A program made the position numbers and the translations under genes. Positions 1 to 7,265 of a stretch of 17,614 bases of DNA are shown one piece after another. Source of the DNA: Zygophlyctis sp. KS116 (Eukaryota > Fungi > Chytridiomycota); the NCBI GenBank assembly GCA_054661495.1, contig BAAFSQ010000205.1:1-17614 (forward strand). The letters are read 5' to 3'. The first letter of the stretch is position 1, and each line of letters opens with the position of its first letter. Under the pieces are notes generated by a model that searched no databases, was not told where the DNA came from, and saw only the letters and a list, made by a program, of their open reading frames with translations.

Positions 1-29
1 ACGTCTGGAAAGGTATTGAACATGAAGTT

Positions 30-395
30 ATGGATAAAATTCAAAAGTTTAAGAAATTCATTCAGAAGAGAATCCCATCTACTAGTGCTACTTGTCAACT
101 GCACAATAATCGTCTGATGGGGAGTCTTGGCGCTCCAAACAATTTTAGACATGATGAGCTTGGAGTTTTAAAAAGATCGGAGATGGTTGGAGGGATTGCT
201 GTGCTTATCCTTGGTGTGACAACCACTATAGTTTTGGCTGTATTTGCACCATATGTAGCTGCAGTCCTCGGGCTAATTTTGGTTTCTGATTTTATTACGT
301 TCCTTGTTGCCGATTGGGCTGTACATCATTTTAATCCTGATGATGACAAAGATTATGTTGAGGATGATGATAATTTGGATCATTCAATGAATTAG
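30..395 (+). CDS. Hypothetical membrane protein, possibly 5'-truncated
   Basis: 121-aa ORF with two C-terminal hydrophobic segments and an acidic tail. The frame is open back to the window start, so the true start may lie upstream. Confidence 0.55.
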   Translation: MDKIQKFKKFIQKRIPSTSATCQLHNNRLMGSLGAPNNFRHDELGVLKRSEMVGGIAVLILGVTTTIVLAVFAPYVAAVLGLILVSDFITFLVADWAVHHFNPDDDKDYVEDDDNLDHSMN

Positions 396-429
396 TAGTC
401 AGACAAAAATTTAATAATCTGTTTAAAAA

Positions 430-933
430 ATGATCTTTTTGTGTTTCTTCTTGATCTATGTTGCATGCATTTGTCAATGCAATTCTCAAAATATTTTTGC
501 AGATCTCAATGCATCAGATCCGTCGAATTCAGTGAATTCTATTGAAGAGTCTGATGGGATTTATATCAGTAATGTGCCAAAAGGCAGATACAGGGGAGGT
601 ATTTCAAGTTCTAGAGCAATCCGATCAATTGGAATGTCTAAATCCGATGATGCAGCATATAACAGTTTAGAAAATAGCCAAGGCATCACTAATTTAGGAT
701 TGTATGATATGCTTGTGGACAGTGTGGCTAGAGCTCTTTCGGCAATAGTATCTATTGGGATAGGAGCTAGTATTTTTATTGTAATTTTTCCAGTAACTCT
801 TGTATTTGGCATTTATCTCGCATTGATTTGTTTAGATTTGGGAATTGTAGTTTTGGCTTGGCTTCGTCTATTTCTGTTTATTCTGATCCCAATTTTCCTC
901 CTTAAATCAATTTTACATACAATCTTCTTATAG
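430..933 (+). CDS. Hypothetical membrane protein with signal peptide
   Basis: 167 aa. Hydrophobic N-terminus MIFLCFFLIYVACICQC, 2-3 C-terminal hydrophobic helices, A-rich start context (aaaaaATG). Confidence 0.6.
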   Translation: MIFLCFFLIYVACICQCNSQNIFADLNASDPSNSVNSIEESDGIYISNVPKGRYRGGISSSRAIRSIGMSKSDDAAYNSLENSQGITNLGLYDMLVDSVARALSAIVSIGIGASIFIVIFPVTLVFGIYLALICLDLGIVVLAWLRLFLFILIPIFLLKSILHTIFL

Positions 934-1224
934 AAAACTCTAAATAGTCAATTCATGGTACAGATGAGCCCCTATGACTGACGATTCTAGTCCCCTAAAA
1001 ACTTTAAATCATTAAAATTAAATCTTTAGTATTGAATGAGAATAAGATGCCTTATCTTAGTGCACATTATTTATATCTTGTACTTTTCTTTAGTTTTTTT
1101 CAGAAATTTAAGGGCAGACAGATTGAAGATTAAAGATTTGCATTCTTGAGAATTGTAAACATTAATCGTGTCGTCATAAACAACATCAAACATGCCATGC
1201 CTGAATATTCAAAGACTTTTAAAA

Positions 1225-2247
1225 CTATGATCGAGTATAAAGCCTTTTTCCAGAAATTTCTAAAAATGCTGCATCTTGTTCATTTTTTAAGATTGACTCT
1301 GCCTCTTCTTCAATACTAGTTTCTCTTTGACGAATAGAAATAATTTCAATACTTTTTACAATGAATTCTTTTTCTGAACTTATAATCGGATTATTAAATG
1401 TAGTTGATACAGGATCTGCATCACATCTTCCACATAAATCTGTATTTAGAAACAGTCCAAAATAGTCCAATTGACCTCCAAAGCCTATTCCATTAGGTAG
1501 AGTCTGAGTTCCACTATTTAGATACTGGTAATTTGAATTTAAACCAGTTGAATAGTAAAAATCAATTTTTGGTTCCAAAGAGAACATAAAATTACGACTA
1601 TTTCCATGAAATTTCGGATTTATACATAGACCTTGATCTATATAAACTCCAAAAAGAAAATCTTTATAATCTCTAATCAATATTATACATGATTCCGGTA
1701 AAACCACTTTTTCTAAAAATATTGTCCAATTTTTCCCATTTTTTCCTGTAGAGTAAATCAATTCCCATTCTTTTTTATCTTGTTCTTGTATTATTTGACT
1801 TAAAATCCAAATTTGATCAGATTTCAAGTCTGAACCATTAATCCTTGATAAATCTTTAAAATCTCTAAAGAAACTCTTTTTCAAGTTTAAATAAAATATT
1901 TCCTTTACAATCTTGTTTTGAGACAAAATTTCCCTGAATTTATCTATTCCAGCATCCTGATTAGAAATATATTCCAAAACTTGATTACTTACAATAGTCC
2001 AATTTAGAATCAATTTCACGATCAAATCTCTACATTTGTCCCTTGGAAACTTTTCAATATATTTCTCTTGAAACTCTAGAGTCTTGAATTCAAATAAATC
2101 GCTTGCAATTCTAAAGTAATCCTTTAATGATTTTGGAGACATTATTTGAATGATAAAGTCTTGTTGTAAATTGGTAAAATTCAATTCTAGCTTTTGTACT
2201 TGTTCTAAAGTGAAACCATGATCTATTCTAGACTCTTGAGCGCCCAT
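1225..2247 (-). CDS. TLDc-domain protein, MEAK7/TLDC1/Rtc5-like, probably N-myristoylated
   Basis: MGAQES fits MGxxxS. TLDc motifs WELIYSTGKNG, FHGNSRNFMFSLEP, NYQYLNSGTQTLPNGIGFGGQ, STTFNNP. C-terminal SILKNEQDAAFLEISG resembles MEAK7. Confidence 0.85.
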   Translation of the reverse strand: MGAQESRIDHGFTLEQVQKLELNFTNLQQDFIIQIMSPKSLKDYFRIASDLFEFKTLEFQEKYIEKFPRDKCRDLIVKLILNWTIVSNQVLEYISNQDAGIDKFREILSQNKIVKEIFYLNLKKSFFRDFKDLSRINGSDLKSDQIWILSQIIQEQDKKEWELIYSTGKNGKNWTIFLEKVVLPESCIILIRDYKDFLFGVYIDQGLCINPKFHGNSRNFMFSLEPKIDFYYSTGLNSNYQYLNSGTQTLPNGIGFGGQLDYFGLFLNTDLCGRCDADPVSTTFNNPIISSEKEFIVKSIEIISIRQRETSIEEEAESILKNEQDAAFLEISGKRLYTRS

Positions 2248-2303
2248 GAATTTTAGTTTTTGACAGTTGAGCGGTTGCGTTTTACATTTGAATCAATAGT
2301 GAA

Positions 2304-2684
2304 ATGTCTCTTGATCTGCCAAAAGACTTTTTTGACTCTGCTGCAGACGCTAAAAAGGCTGCAAAGGATTTGGCGAAAAAGAGTAAAAAGACTGTTAAAG
2401 ATCAAGGAGATGAGGAATGGGAAGAATTTCAAAAGGAAATTACAAGAGAAATTCAAAATTCAACGCTTTCAAGAGAATCTGATATAATAAGTCAAGAATC
2501 AGATAAGAGAGTAGAGCAGGCATATGAGCAATTACAGTATGAAAAAAGATTTTTGAAACTTTTGACAAGGTCGAGTGAAATTTCTGTATCAAAAGAGCCA
2601 AAAAAACAATCTGGACAATCTGAAAAGGTATTGAAAAAATTGAAATTTCAGATTGAACCAGATTCTTTTATAGAGTCGGACTAG
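2304..2684 (+). CDS. ZNF830/CCDC16-like splicing factor, C-terminal conserved region only
   Basis: LPKDFFD...DEEWEEFQKEI...EQLQY resembles the ZNF830 C-terminal block (LPEGFFD...DKEWDEFQK). No zinc finger is present. Confidence 0.65.
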   Translation: MSLDLPKDFFDSAADAKKAAKDLAKKSKKTVKDQGDEEWEEFQKEITREIQNSTLSRESDIISQESDKRVEQAYEQLQYEKRFLKLLTRSSEISVSKEPKKQSGQSEKVLKKLKFQIEPDSFIESD

Positions 2685-5600
2685 TTTTTTCTTTTAATGG
2701 TTTTGATATCAGGCTTGATCATTTTTAGTTCGGATAAAAGATTGGGAATTACATCCATTCTGAGTACTATATCAATTATTTAATTAAAATTGTACCTTCG
2801 ATTTCCGTTTTACTATGCAAGTTTTTGAGTTTTATGGATTCTTTACCTGCTTTAAAAATTAACAAGAAATTATAGCCAGACTGGGTTGCGAGATATGATT
2901 CATTAACTAGAGATTCATTAGTAGATAGCTGAGCAGAGATGTCAGAGCTCCAAAGATCATTTAATATTTTCAACTTTTCTGCATAGAGTTCGGGAGCATG
3001 TGCAGATATTAAAACAGAGATTCTAGGTCTAAAGAGAGCTTCAGATTCTTCTGAAAGTGACTTGTATTTTTGGCTCCATTTAGATATGATTTTAGAGAGT
3101 GCTATATTCACGCCAACTCCTTTTATGTTGGAAGGTGAACCAGGATATTCAAAGATAGAAAGTAAGGAGTCATATCTTCCACCTGCAGCTACTACATCTA
3201 AAATTTAAAATGATGATTAAAATACCAAGCTTTTTCTTTTGTCCGTGAATAATTTGAAATATAATTCCACCCTGATAATATTTGAAATTATAAGATAAAA
3301 GAGGAATGAGAGATATTCTTGATTTTATACCCAATTGATTCAAATAATCTGCTAAATTAGTAATGTCTCGATATTCAGAGTCTAGATGAAAGCCAGATAA
3401 AAGAGTTTTTAGGTGGGAGATACCCTGATCTACAGGTTTGGATTCAAAGTTATATTTAGATAAGAGATCTAAACTGTTCTTTGACACTCCGTGCTGGCTA
3501 AGTTGAGTTTTGATTTCAGGAAATGATAATGGCTTGTTTAGATTCTCTAATGTGGATAATATTAATTTATGATTAGGAATCCCACAATGTTTTAAGATAG
3601 CTGTTAAAATATTCGTGTGTGTTAGCCGAAGCTCAAAATTGTTAATATTCATAATCTTGCTATCAATATCCAAAACTTCAAAAGTAGCTTTAATCACTTT
3701 TGGTTAATTTGTCAGAATTTACCTTCAGCTTCTACCATAACATCTATTCCTGGCTTAGTTTGTCGTGAAACAATATCAAAATCGCATTCTATAATCCTTT
3801 TTGGCTGCCCCCCAGCAATATTTGGGCGATAAACTGCATCGATCGCATATCTTTTTACAGTTTCTAGTTGAGGTGATGTCTGGAAAGTACGCGATATATA
3901 TCGAGCAAACGGGACAGTTAGATCCCACGGAAGCTGTACTAAGTCTCCAAAAGAATCCATAAACTGAACGGGCTTTTTCGGAAGTTCGGGATCATAAATA
4001 AGATCATTGCGGAGCATAAGTAAAGGCGCTGATAATTGAACCGCTCCATGCCTTGAAAATATTTTTGCACAGTGATTATACACTCTAGTTCCTATTAATG
4101 AAAATTCTAAATCCAGTTGTTGAGTATTGGCATTGAAATCAAATGAAAAATCCTTATGTAATTCTGGCTTCCTGGAAAAAAGGGATGCTATAAGTCTTGG
4201 GTAATTTGATGTTGTTGTGATGCTTTTAATGGCTTCTTTTAAAAATTGCTCTTCTATAATTACAGGAACAAGGGAAGATTTGATTAGTTCGGTGCATGTC
4301 GGGCGTTTTGAAGGATTACGATCCAAAAGCCATTGAATTATTTTTGATTGATTTTGTAAATTGACGAAATTAAAATCTATTATTACTTTCAGATCAGCTT
4401 ACCCTTTGGAAATGATATATTAGTTCGAAGCTCTTTTAAAACAGTGGCACGCTGCATACCAGTGCTCATTTTGTAGCACATTTCAAAAAAGCAAATGCCC
4501 AATGAGTACATATCAACTTTAGAGCTATATGTTTTACCCGATGCAATCTCTGGTGCAGCATAAACTGGAGTTCCAATATCTATAGTCATTAAAGAAAATG
4601 ATGCATTCCCGTCAATTGTAGCAGATGTTTCTACAACTGGTGAAAAATCATCCTTCACAGTAACCAGCCCAAAATCTAAATTATCATAAAATTAGTCAAA
4701 ATACCTCCAATTTTCACATTTCCTTCGCTATCTAAAAAAATATTTGTAGGCTTTAAATCACGATGTATTAGACCCACTGAATGGATATGCTCTAATCCCT
4801 CCAGAATCTGATGAAAAAGCCTCCAACACTCAGCTTCCACCAAACCTCCTTGAATAACATCCCAAAGAGTCTTTTTTTCGCAGTATTCCATCTGAATATA
4901 CAGAAACATTTGATGATTTGTCTTTTCACGACCACTTCTAGGACTTGAATTCCGAAAAGAGATCTCCAAATAACGTGATGAGCTTTCAGCAGACTGTAGC
5001 CAATCATAAGAATGGGATTCAACGGAAGAATCCTCTGTTTCAGACTCAGACTCACTGTCAGACTTAAAAGCTCCCAGAGAATCTAGAGTACTAGTTTCAA
5101 ACCAAGATTGATAATATCTAACCACATACTGATGAAAAAGTCTTGAAAGAGCTTGAACTTCTCTTAACATAACTCTTGATTTTTCAGAATCCTTTGTATC
5201 CAGCTTAATTTTCTTTATTGCGTATAACTAACTTTAATTTAGAAAAAATACCTGACCATCTACTCTATTCCTTACTTTAACTACTGATCCAAACCTCTAA
5301 ATCAAAATAAAAAAAATACCCCCCTTTCCCCAAAAACTCAATTTCTTCAAAATCCGACAGATATCTAGAGAGAGCTCCACTTGTTGTTGTAGGAAGCGAG
5401 CCCTCTGAAAACTGAATTTTTAAAGTTCCCTTAAGTTCAGATTTTGGAGAAATTCGCAGCAAAGATTTTTTGACTTTGAGATCTGCATTTACCTTCTCTT
5501 CGAGTAATGCAACCTTTTCAAATTTTATTTCTTCCAATTCCTTTTGTGCATTAGCCAATTTCTCATCTATCGTAATTTTCTCCTGTTCTACACGATTAAG

Positions 5601-5942
5601 CATAGAATCATAGAAAGATTGAGAAGCTGGAACTAATTCATCTTGAATAAAGTTTGCGATATCATAAATCATTTCGCTTCCTTTGAGTTGTGAAGCTAAT
5701 TTAGAGACTTTGTCTTCTAACTCGGCCAACCTCACATTTGATTGCTTTATAGAGAAAGCCGGAGCTGTTTTTGGGTAGCCTGGCGGGACTTTCCAACAAA
5801 GTAGAACAGATTCACCCTTTTCTCGCCTCGGTTCCAGTCTTAAAGAGCATGAAACCGAATTCCATGGTCCAATCACTACATTAAAATCAGAGTCATAAAT
5901 AGCCTGCAGAGCCTCTCTCTCAGACTCCCAAATCTCATTCAT
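2681..5942 (-). CDS. GCN2: eIF2-alpha kinase GCN2 (RWD, kinase, HisRS-like), about 1024 aa, 8 exons
   Basis: RWD (EREALQAIY, YPKTAP), LGKGGFGSVVK, IHRDLKPTN, DFG, GTPVYAAPE, HisRS-like KRYAIDAVYR and AAGGRYD. Introns: 5295-5319, 5228-5251, 4676-4704, 4377-4402, 3697-3722, 3198-3225, 2767-2795. Spliced length 3075 nt, open frame. Confidence 0.95.
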
Positions 5943-6080
5943 CAGCAAAATTCTACACCGTGACTTCTCAACGATTTCTTTGGATTCTACTTTTGCATAA
6001 TCTAAAAAGTAGATTTATTTAATATGACTAAATGCTTTGTCATCATATTCTTTTTGAGGGATGGCACTAAAATCATCGTT

Positions 6081-6383
6081 TCAAGCGCTCTGAAGCTGAT
6101 GATTTAAAGTTATGTTTGCATTTTCCGAGTAAGCTGGGAGAGCATTTGGAACAAATTCTGTAGATTTTTTAGTTCCTGAATTTTGCTGACTTTGTCCGGA
6201 AGGGGGTTTTACCATATTCATACCCACTGATTGATTCAGCTGATTATCGACAGCATTTTGTAGAAGTTTTCTAGCTTTATATATTTTCCACATATTCCAT
6301 GAGGCAAACAAAAAGCCGGCAATACCTGATAAAATAATGAACAATCTGATGCCCAGTTGCGTTTTGTCATTATCATCACTCAT
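6081..6383 (-). CDS. Small single-pass membrane protein of unknown function
   Basis: 100 aa, one N-terminal TM helix followed by basic residues, LPAY motif near the C-terminus, A-rich start context (acaacaaagATG). Confidence 0.55.
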   Translation of the reverse strand: MSDDNDKTQLGIRLFIILSGIAGFLFASWNMWKIYKARKLLQNAVDNQLNQSVGMNMVKPPSGQSQQNSGTKKSTEFVPNALPAYSENANITLNHQLQSA

Positions 6384-6399
6384 CTTTGTTGTTTTTTAG

Positions 6400-6479
6400 G
6401 TGATGACCGACTATCATTGTTCTGAATAGCCCGATTCGTTCAATGGAAGTGATGACGAACTATCATTGTTCCGAATAGC
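6400..6479. repeat. Two 31-bp direct repeats (28/31 identical), period 49
   Basis: gtgatgaccgactatcattgttctgaatagc (6400-6430) and gtgatgacgaactatcattgttccgaatagc (6449-6479). Confidence 0.9.
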
Positions 6480-6556
6480 TCAAAAGAATGAATGGCGGTT
6501 GCAAAATTCAAAAATAGTAAAGTGTTAGAAAAGTGTAGATCTTTTATCTTTCAAAA

Positions 6557-6904
6557 TTAGCATGTATGAGGTCTACATATAATTCTTGGTTCTTGATATT
6601 GCAACTTGAACCTTTCACAGTCTTTTTTAATTTCAGCAATTATTTTCTCCTTGTCAATGCTTTTAATGAATTCTTCTAGCGTCAAATCACCCTTGATTTC
6701 TTCTCCCAGGAAATATAAGCAATCTTCTTCTTGACAATCATACCCATAAGCGCATGCATATTCTAAATCAAATTCTGACCAAATATCAAGCACATTATCG
6801 GATTCCGATTCTTCTACGACTTCTTTAAGATCTGTAATGTGCTTGACTTGGTCAAAAGAAAATTCAATGCCATAGACTAATACAACATCATTATGAATGC
6901 CCAT
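6557..6904 (-). CDS. Acidic hypothetical protein, intronless
   Basis: 115-aa ORF with globular-looking composition and aaaaaATG context. Family not recognised. Confidence 0.65.
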   Translation of the reverse strand: MGIHNDVVLVYGIEFSFDQVKHITDLKEVVEESESDNVLDIWSEFDLEYACAYGYDCQEEDCLYFLGEEIKGDLTLEEFIKSIDKEKIIAEIKKDCERFKLQYQEPRIICRPHTC

Positions 6905-7265
6905 TTTTTAAAAAAAGTTTAGAGCAAATCAGACAAAATCAGGACAATCTCAAGAACAAATCTTCCCCGTTAAAATATATCCTGTGAGAGCGTCGTAAAT
7001 GGTAAAATACGATTTATATTACGAATTGCTTGATGCTTCATGATCTTATGACGCTGTAGTTATTTATGAATCTACGAATGCATTACATCAATGAAAATTA
7101 TTAAATACAAGGAGTTTTGTGAGTAATACTGATGGATTTAAGATTGGTATTGATACATTAGTCACAGAGATAGCATGGACATTGATAGCATTGGTATATA
7201 AAAGAATATATTTCAAAATCATAAACTGCAACAGTTGATTTTTCGTTTCAAATTTTTCAAATCTC

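Noticed and set aside
1071-1193. About 40-codon minus-strand ORF (MFDVVYDDTINVY...) downstream of TLDc
   Set aside because: Too short, with no recognisable homology or supporting splice pattern.
6400-6479. CRISPR array or SECIS element
   Set aside because: Only two units with an 18-nt spacer, eukaryotic context and no cas genes. No adjacent gene has a convincing in-frame Sec UGA.
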